From contig JAHQWL010000102.1 of NCBI GenBank assembly GCA_029856155.1, positions 1 to 64,000 on the forward strand: DNA of 64,000 bases, in the 5' to 3' direction. Below are positions 50,144-60,072 of this stretch, one piece after another (positions within the stretch are counted from its first letter, which is position 1; each line of letters opens with the position of its first letter). This DNA is from Promethearchaeia archaeon. GTDB taxonomy: Archaea; Asgardarchaeota; Lokiarchaeia; Sigyniarchaeales; SOKP01. A model generated the notes under the pieces. It worked only from the letters and a program-made list of their open reading frames with translations. It did not search any database and was not told where the DNA came from. Made by a program: the position numbers and the translations under genes.

Positions 50144-52195
50144 TTAACGTTTGATATATTTTATTTTAAAAGAATTTAATTTGCCATCTTTAACGATTAT
50201 TTCTCTATATCCCCCTGCAGTATCGGGGTTTCTATAGCTACCTAATCCTAAAGCGGGGGTTTGCACTACAAAAGGTCCATTCTCCTTTATACTTTTTGCT
50301 TCGGAATATATTTCAGAATAATTATCATAATATATTGCTGCTGGGTTTTCAATTTTTTTTAACCTGAATGGAGGAGCATCATACACACTAGTTTTTTTCT
50401 CGGGATTTTCTAACCTAAATTCCAATGAATCATGAGTATGACCAGCAAGAGTCAAAATACAATAATTTTTACAGAAATCAACAATTTTTTCCCAATTTGA
50501 TGAAATTGATCCATATTTCATATTAAATACACCATCAATTCGCGCTGCTGAAATAGGCTTTCCTAATTTTTTAATCAATGATTCTTTAAACTCATTTAAC
50601 TTTTGTGTAATAAATCGACTCCCTTTTTTTTCAAATATATTAATAGTATACTTTTTACCTCCAGAATTTAACGGTGGTCCATGCAAAAAAAGAAAAGTGT
50701 TAGTATCGTTTTTAATTACGTTATTAATCAAATTTTCTAAATATTTTATTTGCTTATATGAAACTCCGGTTACGGACGGATGACCAGTAATTAGATCTCT
50801 TACATTTTTAAAAGAATCAGAACCCGTATTTAAGATAATAAACAAGTTATTTCCAAGCTTAATAGAAAAGTCAAAAGAAGAATTAATTTCTGTTAAATAC
50901 CCTTTTAAAGCTAAGGAGGTTTTTGTTAAGGCGGTAATAGGAGAGGCAGAAAATAATTCATTCAATGCAATTGCTTCAGAAGCATTTAGACCAATCTTCT
51001 TGTACATCTCAGCCCATGTGAGATCATAATGAAAAGGACGATAATCATGATTCCCTAAGGTTGTAAAAATTGGACAATTTAATTCTTCACCACGAACTAC
51101 TCCTTTAAATTTCTCTTTAGATGGTATATTCAAGATTGTATTTTTGAAAGTTAACCAATTACTATCGTCATAGTTAAATTCGTTCGATTTACGAAGTTTC
51201 TTAGATAATCTACTCAAAACTGTATAATCAACAATATCTCCGGTTATTACAATGAAATCTAATTCATTCTTAAGCACTTTCCTATTCATCAGTTTTATAA
51301 ATCTTCTAAATTGATTATTTGGATTAATTAAACGCTTTCTTAAGGGAATTTTCATTTCTGAGAGTATGCTTTCTTCTTTCTTTATTTTCTTTTTGATTTT
51401 CAACTTTTTTCTTACAGTTTCAAAAAAATCATCTACATTCTCTTTAATTGAGGATTCTGTCCATTTTTTAACAATTCCATAAATTTTGTCATTTCTTTCT
51501 GCTAAGTGTAGATCTGTAGCATGAACAAATGTAAAATCTTCCCATTTTTGCTTGGAAATTACAAGGGAATGATAGTTTATTTGGTGATTAGCGCTATATA
51601 CATCAAACATAACAAAATTTCGTTCCTTTAGAAATTTCAGGACTTCCTTATTTAGAGTAAATTCGATAGTCACCTTATAAAATTTATTTAATTCGCCAAA
51701 TACATGATTTTTTATTAAAAATTCTTGTGGATTCAAATTATTTGTTGTAGAGACATTTTGAATTGGGATTATAGAAGAATTTTCAACATTTATTACTTTA
51801 GGAAAAATAGGATCCCCTCTATGTAGTCGTGATTTTAATTCTTTCAGTCGTTTTAAATTTATATCTAAATCTTTTCCAGTTTTTAATATACCTTCAAAAA
51901 ACTTTCTTCTTTTTTTTTTAGCTCTTTTCTCCCTCCACTTTGAGAATAATCCTTTTGGCTTTTTCACGAAGATTAGTTTATAGGACCATTTATAATCATA
52001 TAAGGGAACTAAAGATATCTGGTTTTGAATGGATTTGGTAAAAGTCTCTAAATCATAATGATCAGAAATAAATAAGAAATGAACTTGAAAATCTTTATTT
52101 TTTAATTTATTATTTATTTTTAAAATTGATGGATGTCCCAAGTTTGGATTTATTAAAATTGATTTGCTTATTTTTTCTAGTGCTGGTGTAGTCAA
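50144..52195 (-). CDS. Calcineurin-like metallophosphoesterase
   Basis: TDLH, TGDIVD, LGNHD, HGP, AGHTH. Confidence 0.85.
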   Translation of the reverse strand: MTTPALEKISKSILINPNLGHPSILKINNKLKNKDFQVHFLFISDHYDLETFTKSIQNQISLVPLYDYKWSYKLIFVKKPKGLFSKWREKRAKKKRRKFFEGILKTGKDLDINLKRLKELKSRLHRGDPIFPKVINVENSSIIPIQNVSTTNNLNPQEFLIKNHVFGELNKFYKVTIEFTLNKEVLKFLKERNFVMFDVYSANHQINYHSLVISKQKWEDFTFVHATDLHLAERNDKIYGIVKKWTESSIKENVDDFFETVRKKLKIKKKIKKEESILSEMKIPLRKRLINPNNQFRRFIKLMNRKVLKNELDFIVITGDIVDYTVLSRLSKKLRKSNEFNYDDSNWLTFKNTILNIPSKEKFKGVVRGEELNCPIFTTLGNHDYRPFHYDLTWAEMYKKIGLNASEAIALNELFSASPITALTKTSLALKGYLTEINSSFDFSIKLGNNLFIILNTGSDSFKNVRDLITGHPSVTGVSYKQIKYLENLINNVIKNDTNTFLFLHGPPLNSGGKKYTINIFEKKGSRFITQKLNEFKESLIKKLGKPISAARIDGVFNMKYGSISSNWEKIVDFCKNYCILTLAGHTHDSLEFRLENPEKKTSVYDAPPFRLKKIENPAAIYYDNYSEIYSEAKSIKENGPFVVQTPALGLGSYRNPDTAGGYREIIVKDGKLNSFKIKYIKR

Positions 52196-52310
52196 TTTTC
52201 AAGGATTATTATATTAAAAAGCTAATTAATGCAGGTATTTCAAATTTTTATACTAATATATACTAAATAATTTCGCGTTAAAAATATAATTAAGTCTCTA
52301 CTATTGAATT

Positions 52311-52346
52311 TTAGGACCCCTCTATGTTAGGACCCCTCTATGTTAG
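52311..52346. repeat. 16-bp tandem duplication (TTAGGACCCCTCTATG x2.25) over the Sm gene stop codon
   Basis: Exact copies at 52311-52326 and 52327-52342. Confidence 0.85.
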
Positions 52347-52608
52347 CGAGATTTACAAAGATGACATTATCTCCTCTAATTACACAATTTCCTATGTTTT
52401 CGTGTTCTTCTCTAATGTTGCCTTCATCATCTTGATATTCAAAAATCTGACTGGTTTCTTCAAGATAGAGATTTAAGTGTTCGTCGAATCCACCTAAACG
52501 CCCCCTAAACAATCGATTACGCTTTACTTTAATAAGAATTATTTCATTAATAGAGGACTTCAAATAATCAATTGGACGATTTGATCTTGAATAACTTTCA
52601 CGTGACAT
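52327..52608 (-). CDS. Sm-like (Lsm/SmAP) RNA-binding protein
   Basis: Sm1 GRLGGFDEHLNLYL; Sm2 IRGDNVIFV. Confidence 0.92.
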   Translation of the reverse strand: MSRESYSRSNRPIDYLKSSINEIILIKVKRNRLFRGRLGGFDEHLNLYLEETSQIFEYQDDEGNIREEHENIGNCVIRGDNVIFVNLANIEGS

Positions 52609-52777
52609 TATTAATTAAACTCTGAAAAAACAATTATTCATAAAAAAATATTTATAATTACTTTATGAATAAATTAAAATTAAAACCTTTTGATTATTTT
52701 TATAGTTTTATACTTAAATACTCACATAAAAACCGACGATTAAATTGTCTAATGAAGAAAAAGAGAAAGACTGATTA

Positions 52778-52897
52778 ATGACTTATTGTGCTATGAATTG
52801 TCAAGCAGAAATATCAATTGAAAGAGCAATAATAATCGAGGGTCAATGCTTCTGTTTTATTTTTTGTGTAGCATATTATATAAGCACTCTCAGTTAA
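52778..52897 (+). CDS. Possible 39-aa Cys-rich TRASH/YHS-like peptide
   Basis: MTYCAMNCQAEISIERAIIIEGQCFCFIFCVAYYISTLS*. Confidence 0.3.
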   Translation: MTYCAMNCQAEISIERAIIIEGQCFCFIFCVAYYISTLS

Positions 52898-52984
52898 TAC
52901 CTTAATTTTATTTCAGTAGAGATATTCATTTAACTTTTTATTATATTATACTTTTATAAAATTATACTAAAACTAAATAATTTT

Positions 52985-53090
52985 AGGCCCGTGGCCCAGT
53001 CTGGATAAGATTGCTAGCATTTTGCGACCAATGAAAAGCAGCGCCCTCCTAAGGCGAAGATCGGGGGTTCAAATCCCCTCGGGCCTGCCA
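52985..53090 (+). tRNA. tRNA-Arg(CCU) with a 28-nt intron in the D-arm and encoded CCA
   Basis: Acceptor AGGCCCG/CGGGCCT, anticodon arm CGCC-CTCCTAA-GGCG, T-arm GGGGG-TTCAAAT-CCCCT, 3' GCCA; 78 nt after removing 53010-53037. Confidence 0.85.
53010..53037 (+). other. Non-canonical-position tRNA intron (about 23/24), relaxed BHB
   Basis: Flanking helices CUG/CAG and UUG/CAA; bulges AG^A and AA^G; weak central helix GAUA/UGAA. Confidence 0.65.
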
Positions 53091-53131
53091 TTTTTCATTT
53101 TTGAAACTTTTTAAATTATCAATTTTTCTTT

Positions 53132-55084
53132 ATGGTAATGAACGAAAAATATGTTACTGACCTATCTTATTTAAAAATAGTAGTGAAGCCAAGCCTGCCA
53201 AAATTCGTACGATCATTAAATAAAATTATAATGAGACATGGAACTGTTCCCTTAGTGAAAATTTTGGGAATTTTTTTAGGGTTAGGGTATGCTAAGAATG
53301 GTGTCAAAAGGTATCCTGAATGTATTGTAAAATTAAAAGATGGAACAAGATTAGCAACAGATGTATATATTCCAAAAAAGGTCTATAAGAAAAAAAGCAA
53401 ATGTCCAACAATATTAGTACGATTACCATATTGGAAGGATACTATGAGTATTTTAGGCTATGCATATGCCACTTTTGGATTCGTAACAATAATTCAAGAT
53501 ATACGAGGAACCGGACACTCAAGTGGATTCAATTATTATTTATTCACAGAAAGAGAAGACGGATTGGATACTTTGAAATGGATCTCTAAACAATATTGGT
53601 ACAATGGGAAAATAGGCATGGCAGGAGCAAGTTATTTTGGTATAACTCAACTGGCAGTATCTTGGGATAATGACTATTTAACTTGTATCGCTCCAGCAAT
53701 TACATCAACGCTAAATTTATGGCAAAATAATGGAGGACTCGAAATTCATGCCTTAACGACTTCTATTTACAGAATAATGGTCAATATTGCATCATATAGA
53801 GAAGCCCCTGATGTAGATACGTTAACAGATTTAATGTATGAGAGATATATAAATCCTAGATATGGTTTATTTAATGACCCAATTAAAAAAAAGAGTCGGA
53901 TTAAATTATCTGAATTAAAAGGGAAATCTATTAAAAAAGTTCAAGATCTTCTAGTAGCTTTTTATAATATAGATAACTTTAATCCCTCTAAACGTAGCCT
54001 CGAAATTTATTATAAATTTTTAAATGATTTCTTAATTACACGAGGTTTAGATAAGGACTCATACAAAATGTCTGGATTCTTAGAGATGGATAATAAAAAG
54101 TTTTCACAACCTGCTTTTATGCTAGCTGGATGGCAGGATATGTTTTTTGAAAAACAATTAGAAGATTTTATCGAAATTAAAAATAACGCTATTGGTGATG
54201 CTAGAAAATATTCAAAATTGCTTATAGGGTCGTGGGCTCATGGTGCGAGTGGTCATCCTGAAAGTCGCATTAGAAATGCCGGAATGTTAAGATTTTATAA
54301 AGAATTTTTAAATCTTGCCTGGAACCGTCATTGGTTGATGGGAGATATGAATGCTTTCCCTGATATAAATAAACCTTCTATAAAGTATTGGGTTATGGGG
54401 AAAAATATTTGGAGATACACAGAGAAGTGGCCACCTGAAAATAGTGATTATAAAAAATTATATATTCATTCTGTAAGAGGAGCAAATAGTCTAAAAGGAG
54501 ATGGTGTATTAGATTTCAAAGAACCAATTAATGAATCAGAGGATACATATACTTTTGATCCTATGGATCCAGTTATTACAAAAGGAGGAAGGAACTTAGG
54601 GATTTTAAAAGGAGCTCAAAATCAAAAAGATGCCGAAAAACGAAGAGATGTCTTAATCTACTCTACTAAGCCTTTAAAAGAAGGATTAGAAATAACTGGT
54701 GCTGTAAGGATGATACTTTTTGCTTCCTCATCAGCGAAAGATACTGATTTCACGATCAAATTAATAGACGTTTATCCTCGAGGAAAAGCGATAAATATTT
54801 TAGATGCGGGAATCAGGGCAAGATTTAGAAATAATGAAGATATTCCTTCCCTTATTGAGCCAAGGAAAATCTATAAGTATGAGATAGAATTGGGAAATAC
54901 ATCTAATTATTTTAGGAAAGGACATCGAATACGAATAGAAATAACCTCAAGTAATTTTCCACGATTTGATATAAATTCAAATTTAGGAGGAGAAGGTCAA
55001 CCAGGAGATTACATCATAGCTAAACAGAAAATCTATCATACAGGAGAATTTCCAAGTCATCTTCTAATTCCTATTTTAAAATAG
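53132..55084 (+). CDS. CocE/NonD family serine hydrolase
   Basis: DGTRLATDVY, RLPY, DIRGTG, GASY nucleophile, GWQD, WAH, PepX-like C-terminal domain. Confidence 0.9.
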   Translation: MVMNEKYVTDLSYLKIVVKPSLPKFVRSLNKIIMRHGTVPLVKILGIFLGLGYAKNGVKRYPECIVKLKDGTRLATDVYIPKKVYKKKSKCPTILVRLPYWKDTMSILGYAYATFGFVTIIQDIRGTGHSSGFNYYLFTEREDGLDTLKWISKQYWYNGKIGMAGASYFGITQLAVSWDNDYLTCIAPAITSTLNLWQNNGGLEIHALTTSIYRIMVNIASYREAPDVDTLTDLMYERYINPRYGLFNDPIKKKSRIKLSELKGKSIKKVQDLLVAFYNIDNFNPSKRSLEIYYKFLNDFLITRGLDKDSYKMSGFLEMDNKKFSQPAFMLAGWQDMFFEKQLEDFIEIKNNAIGDARKYSKLLIGSWAHGASGHPESRIRNAGMLRFYKEFLNLAWNRHWLMGDMNAFPDINKPSIKYWVMGKNIWRYTEKWPPENSDYKKLYIHSVRGANSLKGDGVLDFKEPINESEDTYTFDPMDPVITKGGRNLGILKGAQNQKDAEKRRDVLIYSTKPLKEGLEITGAVRMILFASSSAKDTDFTIKLIDVYPRGKAINILDAGIRARFRNNEDIPSLIEPRKIYKYEIELGNTSNYFRKGHRIRIEITSSNFPRFDINSNLGGEGQPGDYIIAKQKIYHTGEFPSHLLIPILK

Positions 55085-55105
55085 CAGATTATGGAATAAG
55101 GGCAT

Positions 55106-55393
55106 CTAAAATACTTTTTCATAATATACCTTTAACTTATTACCAAATATCTTTATAATCTCTTGTAAAGACAATTCTAAATCAAGATCTCCTACCATCT
55201 TTCCGTTCTCATTACTTAGATAAGTATCTTTTTGTTTAAGTTTTAATTCTTTTAATAATAAACCATATATCTCATTAAATTTTTTTCCCAAATTCGATCT
55301 AGATAATGAAACCTTTTTTATTTCCCCACTCTGAATTATCTTAAATGATATAAACTCATTAATATGATTATTTATATCATCCATATCTCTCAA
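55106..55393 (-). CDS. Small hypothetical protein, possibly beta-grasp fold
   Basis: 95-aa ORF with a beta-beta-alpha-beta pattern; no C-terminal GG. Confidence 0.5.
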   Translation of the reverse strand: MRDMDDINNHINEFISFKIIQSGEIKKVSLSRSNLGKKFNEIYGLLLKELKLKQKDTYLSNENGKMVGDLDLELSLQEIIKIFGNKLKVYYEKVF

Positions 55394-55571
55394 AAAGTAA
55401 TAAACTTAGATTTGTATTAAATTTACTATTTATCTTATATTTAATTAATTTAAAAATTCGACTTAATTGTTAAGAAGGAAAAGAAGTCAAATTTATCGTT
55501 ATTACAGTTTGTACATAACGAACCGTTTAAATAAAACTGAAATACTATTATTATTTGCCTAAAAAAAAGAG

Positions 55572-57311
55572 GTGAAAAATTTGCCAAAAAAAATATTAAG
55601 AGTGAATATGAATAATCTAGAAGCTAAATTTGAAGATCTACCCGGAGATTATGCCGCTTTAGGAGGTCGTGGTATGACTTCAACGATAGTTGCTAAAGAA
55701 GTTCCACCAACTTGTAATCCATTAGGAATTCATAATAAATTAGTGTTTGCTCCTGGGATAGTCACAGGTACTGCTGCACCCTCAAGTGGAAGACTTTCTG
55801 TAGGAGGAAAATCTCCATTAACAGGAGGTATAAAGGAAGCTAATGCAGGGACCCCATTTTCCCAAATGTTAGCGAGGATGCGTATAGGAGCTATAATAAT
55901 AGAAGGTAAACATGAAGGACATGATTATTATCTCCTAAAAGTAACTATGGATGGTGGAGAATTCATAAATGCAAATAAATGGTCTGGTAAAGGACTATAT
56001 GGTGTTTATAAGGATCTCCGTAAAGAATTTGGTGAAAAAGCAGGGATATGTGGTGTAGGAATAGCAGCTGAGCTTCTTGGAGGTAATTCAGGGGTTTGTT
56101 TTGCTGATCCTGAAGGATTACCTAGTAGATATGCTGGAAGAGGTGGCTTAGGTGCTGTTATGGCATCTAAAGGCTTAAAATTTATAATAGTTGATGAAGC
56201 AGGTGCTCCAGGAGTAGAAATTGCGAACCAAGAAGTATTTAAAGAAGGTATTAAAAAATTAAGAGATGCCTTAACATCCCATGATGTTACAAAACCAGGT
56301 GGAGCTCTCAATTCATACGGTACAGCTGTATTAGTTAATATTATTAATGAAGCAGGAGGCCTACCTCAACGAAATTTCTCTAGTGGTCAAGATGAGCGAG
56401 CTGAGAAAGTCTCTGGTGAAGCGAAAGCCGAAGAAATAAAGAAAAGAGGGGGAACACGTCCTCATTTCTGTAATCCTGGTTGTATTATTCAATGTTCAGA
56501 AGTGTGGGTAAAACCAAATGGAAAAGATCCAGTCGGTGTTCTTGAATATGAAAGTGTCTGGGCTCTTGGACCTAATAGTGGTATCTACAATCTAGATGAT
56601 ATCGGTGAACTAATTCGAGCTTGTAATGATTTAGGGTGTGATACAATTGAAGCTGGAGGTACATTAGGAGTGGCAATGGAAGGTGGTTTAGTTAAATTTG
56701 GAGATGGCAAAGGAGCTTTGAAGCTCATGGAAGAGATTCGTAATAAAACCCCTACAGGAAGAATATTAGCTCAAGGTACTGAAATTACGGGAAAGGTTCT
56801 AGGAATAACAAGGATACCTACTGTAAAAGGTCAATCATTGCCTGCATATGATCCTCGGGCAATAAAAGGTATTGGAGTCACCTATGCCACGACTCCTATG
56901 GGTGCTGACCACACAGCGGGTTATGCAATTGCTCCAGAAATTCTAGGAGTTGGAGGAACGCTAGACCCATTGGATCCAAAGAAAGCTGAAGTTTCACGTA
57001 ATTTACAATTAGCTACCGCAGCTGTTGATGCATCAGGATACTGTCTCTTCATTGCATTTGCGATACTGGATATTCCTGAAGGATTACAAGGTGTTGTTGA
57101 GTCATTAAATGGTGTATTAGGAGCAAATCTAACTGTTGCTGATGTTGCACCAATTGGGAAGTCAATTATTGACACAGAACTTGAGTTCAACAAAAAAGCA
57201 GGATTTACATCTCTGGATGATAGACTTCCAGAGTTTTTTCTTGAAGAAAAACTACCCCCACATAATACTGTTTTCGATGTAACAGATGCAGATTTAGATA
57301 GTGTGTTTTAA
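55572..57311 (+). CDS. aor: Tungsten-dependent aldehyde:ferredoxin oxidoreductase
   Basis: KSPLTGGIKEAN, GRGGLGAVMASKGLK, CNPGCIIQC, EYE, YDPRA, GADHT. Confidence 0.92.
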   Translation: MKNLPKKILRVNMNNLEAKFEDLPGDYAALGGRGMTSTIVAKEVPPTCNPLGIHNKLVFAPGIVTGTAAPSSGRLSVGGKSPLTGGIKEANAGTPFSQMLARMRIGAIIIEGKHEGHDYYLLKVTMDGGEFINANKWSGKGLYGVYKDLRKEFGEKAGICGVGIAAELLGGNSGVCFADPEGLPSRYAGRGGLGAVMASKGLKFIIVDEAGAPGVEIANQEVFKEGIKKLRDALTSHDVTKPGGALNSYGTAVLVNIINEAGGLPQRNFSSGQDERAEKVSGEAKAEEIKKRGGTRPHFCNPGCIIQCSEVWVKPNGKDPVGVLEYESVWALGPNSGIYNLDDIGELIRACNDLGCDTIEAGGTLGVAMEGGLVKFGDGKGALKLMEEIRNKTPTGRILAQGTEITGKVLGITRIPTVKGQSLPAYDPRAIKGIGVTYATTPMGADHTAGYAIAPEILGVGGTLDPLDPKKAEVSRNLQLATAAVDASGYCLFIAFAILDIPEGLQGVVESLNGVLGANLTVADVAPIGKSIIDTELEFNKKAGFTSLDDRLPEFFLEEKLPPHNTVFDVTDADLDSVF

Positions 57312-57330
57312 TTCGCAAGATGGATAAAAA

Positions 57331-57615
57331 ATGCCAATTGATTTAAAATTATTCGGAGACTTAAGAAAAAAAGCAGATCCAACGGTATCAGGAACCTTAC
57401 CATTACGAATAAAGATAAATGATTCAGATATAACTTGGATAACAGATGTCTTAAGGAAGTTAAATATTGAAGATAATGAAGTGAGCCATATTTTCGTAAA
57501 TGGAAGATACGCTGGACTTAAAAAAAAAGTCATGAGTGGAGATAAAGTCTCGTTATTTCCTCGAAACATGGGATTATTATATAAATGGTATTTTAAACGA
57601 GAAGAAGATGAGTAA
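57331..57615 (+). CDS. MoaD/ThiS-like protein without C-terminal Gly-Gly
   Basis: LKLFGDLR, IFVNG, GDKVSLFP followed by an extra tail RNMGLLYKWYFKREEDE. Confidence 0.75.
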   Translation: MPIDLKLFGDLRKKADPTVSGTLPLRIKINDSDITWITDVLRKLNIEDNEVSHIFVNGRYAGLKKKVMSGDKVSLFPRNMGLLYKWYFKREEDE

Positions 57616-57853
57616 TAATACAATTTCAATTACAGTAAAATTTTTTGCTACATTAAGGCAATACGGACCCGCAAAAGAAATTTTATCAATTCCAAAAGAA
57701 AGTAGAGTAAAACTATTATTTGACGCATATAATATTCCAAAGGATGAGAGAAGAACTATAATTTTGATTAATGGACGACCTCATAAAAACCAAAATACAA
57801 TTCTCGAAGATGGAGATATAATTTCAATTTTTCCACCCATTGGTGGTGGTTAA
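57608..57853 (+). CDS. MoaD/ThiS/SAMP sulfur-carrier protein
   Basis: Likely start ATG 57608 (MSNNTISITVKFFATLR); LINGR; DGDIISIFPPIGGG*. Confidence 0.85.
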   Translation: MSNNTISITVKFFATLRQYGPAKEILSIPKESRVKLLFDAYNIPKDERRTIILINGRPHKNQNTILEDGDIISIFPPIGGG

Positions 57854-58149
57854 TTCTCCACAAAATCTAATTCTCTTTTTTTTTATATTTTTTATTTCTA
57901 AATTATAAGAAATTCTGATTTTTTTTTTCTTTTACAATTATGTCTATATTATATGAAGAATCACAATAAAGCTATATGGGTTTAAAGAAATGGAAAGTAT
58001 AATTTTTGTACGGGTTATCATAACGTAAATTCTCAATACCTTATAGAATATTAAATGAAACCTAAAATAATGTTAGTGATATAACTAATTAAATTAGATA
58101 TTTTTGCGAATTTTCTTGACATATAAGAATTTAGAGGGAATCGTTAATT

Positions 58150-60027
58150 ATGACATTAACAGAAAAGAAACTTAAAGAATCTGAAGAACGATTTAAAGCA
58201 CTATTTAAATCCAGTCCCATTCCTACATATGCCTGGCAAAAAGTAGCAGATACTTTTGAATTAATTGATTACAATAATGCTGCTGAAGATATTACCCAAG
58301 GTAATGTAAAAATGTACTTAGGGGCAAAAGCTTCTGAAATGTATAGAGATCGCCCAGGTATATTAGAAAATTTACGCCGATGTCTGAAAGAAAAAAAAAA
58401 TATTACTCATGAAACGAAGTACAAGATGCAGAGTTCAAAAGATGAAAAAGATCTTATTGTGAAATACGTTTATGTACCTCCAGATCTAGTATTGGTTCAT
58501 ACCGAGGATATTACTGACAGGAAAAATGCCCAACAGGAATTAAAAGTATCTGAGGAAAAATATCGTAAGTTATTTAGTAATGCTCCATTTGCGATTGTTC
58601 TTTTCAACATTGAAGGAACCATTCTTGATTGTAATGATGCGACCAAATTGATTACAGGATATTCTAAAGAAGAACTTATAGGTAAGAATTATAGGAGTTT
58701 TAATTTCTATATTGATACAAATTCTGCAAATATCGAAGAGAGGCAAAGTCAGACTTATTCAGGTAAAACTCCTAAAGCAAGAGAAATTTTACTGTACCAA
58801 AAAGATGGAAGTCAATTTTGGGCTAGAAGTCAAATTGAATTTATCCACATGAAAGATAGTAATTATATTCAAGCAATTATCTATGATATAACTGAAAAAA
58901 AAAAAGCGGAGCAAAAGTTAAAAGAATCGGAGGAAAAGTTTAGAAATATTGCTGAACAGTCATTAATGGGTATAAATGTAATCCAAGATGGAGTATTTAA
59001 ATACCTTAACGCTAGAACTGCGGAGGTTAATGGATATCCTTTAGATGAGCTTAAAAATTGGAACTCTAATGAGTTTGCTAAGATCATTCATCCTGAAGAT
59101 AGGGAATTTGTTATGGAACAGGCACGTAAAAAACAAGCAGGCGATCCAGATATCGTAAATCAATATTCATTTAGAATAATTAGGAAAGATGGAGAAATTA
59201 GATGGCTTGAGATCTTTTCAAAAACCATAAATTTTGAAGGCAGACCAGCGGATTTAGTAATGACAGTTGACACTACCGATAAAAAAGAAGCTGAATTAAA
59301 ATTAAAAGAATCCGAAAAAAAATATCATGAAGCTTATGATCGCGGCAATTTCTATAAAGATCTTTTTGCTCATGATATAAATAACATACTTCAAGTTATT
59401 AGCTCTTCCGCAGAACTAATTTCACTTCAACTTGATGATTCGGAAAAGAGTAAAGATATTGAAGGTATAGCTAAAATTATTAGAAAACACGTTCAAAAAG
59501 GAGCAAAATTAGTGAATAATGTACACACTCTCACGGAGTTGGAGAATGGTGATCAGATAATTGAACCTATCGAAGTAATTAGTGTATTAAAAAATTCGAT
59601 CAAATTTTTACAGAGCGCTTATTCAGAGAAAAATATTGAAATAAAAATTGATGCATTCGCTAATATAATCAGTGTTCAAGCAAATGAATTATTACAACAA
59701 ATTTTTGATAACCTCTTAATAAATGCGGTAAAATATAATGAGAATTCTAACGTAGATATTCAAATTAAAATTACAAAAGAACAAAGTGAAACTCAAAATC
59801 TAATTAAAATGGAGTTTCTTGATAATGGCATTGGAATAAGAGATGATAAAAAGAAAATTTTATTTAAAGAAGGATTTAGAACATTAAAAGGTTCCAAGGG
59901 TATGGGACTAGGGCTTTCGTTAGTTAATAAAATTATTAATAACTACAACGGTAAAATTTGGGTTGAAGATAAAGTAAAAGGAGATTATACTAAAGGAAGT
60001 AATTTTGTACTCTTATTACCAGAATAG
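58150..60027 (+). CDS. Multi-PAS sensor histidine kinase (HDINN H-box type)
   Basis: Three PAS modules; AHDINNILQ; NAVKY; DNGIG; GMGLGL. Confidence 0.9.
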   Translation: MTLTEKKLKESEERFKALFKSSPIPTYAWQKVADTFELIDYNNAAEDITQGNVKMYLGAKASEMYRDRPGILENLRRCLKEKKNITHETKYKMQSSKDEKDLIVKYVYVPPDLVLVHTEDITDRKNAQQELKVSEEKYRKLFSNAPFAIVLFNIEGTILDCNDATKLITGYSKEELIGKNYRSFNFYIDTNSANIEERQSQTYSGKTPKAREILLYQKDGSQFWARSQIEFIHMKDSNYIQAIIYDITEKKKAEQKLKESEEKFRNIAEQSLMGINVIQDGVFKYLNARTAEVNGYPLDELKNWNSNEFAKIIHPEDREFVMEQARKKQAGDPDIVNQYSFRIIRKDGEIRWLEIFSKTINFEGRPADLVMTVDTTDKKEAELKLKESEKKYHEAYDRGNFYKDLFAHDINNILQVISSSAELISLQLDDSEKSKDIEGIAKIIRKHVQKGAKLVNNVHTLTELENGDQIIEPIEVISVLKNSIKFLQSAYSEKNIEIKIDAFANIISVQANELLQQIFDNLLINAVKYNENSNVDIQIKITKEQSETQNLIKMEFLDNGIGIRDDKKKILFKEGFRTLKGSKGMGLGLSLVNKIINNYNGKIWVEDKVKGDYTKGSNFVLLLPE

Positions 60028-60072
60028 AATTTGGAATGAATTTAAAAAGAAAAAAAAGAATAATTAATATTG

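Noticed and set aside
52900-53130. tRNA as an integration site for a mobile element
   Set aside because: No integrase and no duplicated tRNA 3' end noticed in the window
57536-57607. ORF-track N-terminal extension of the MoaD protein
   Set aside because: It overlaps the upstream MoaD-like gene; ATG 57608 gives a typical 81-aa protein
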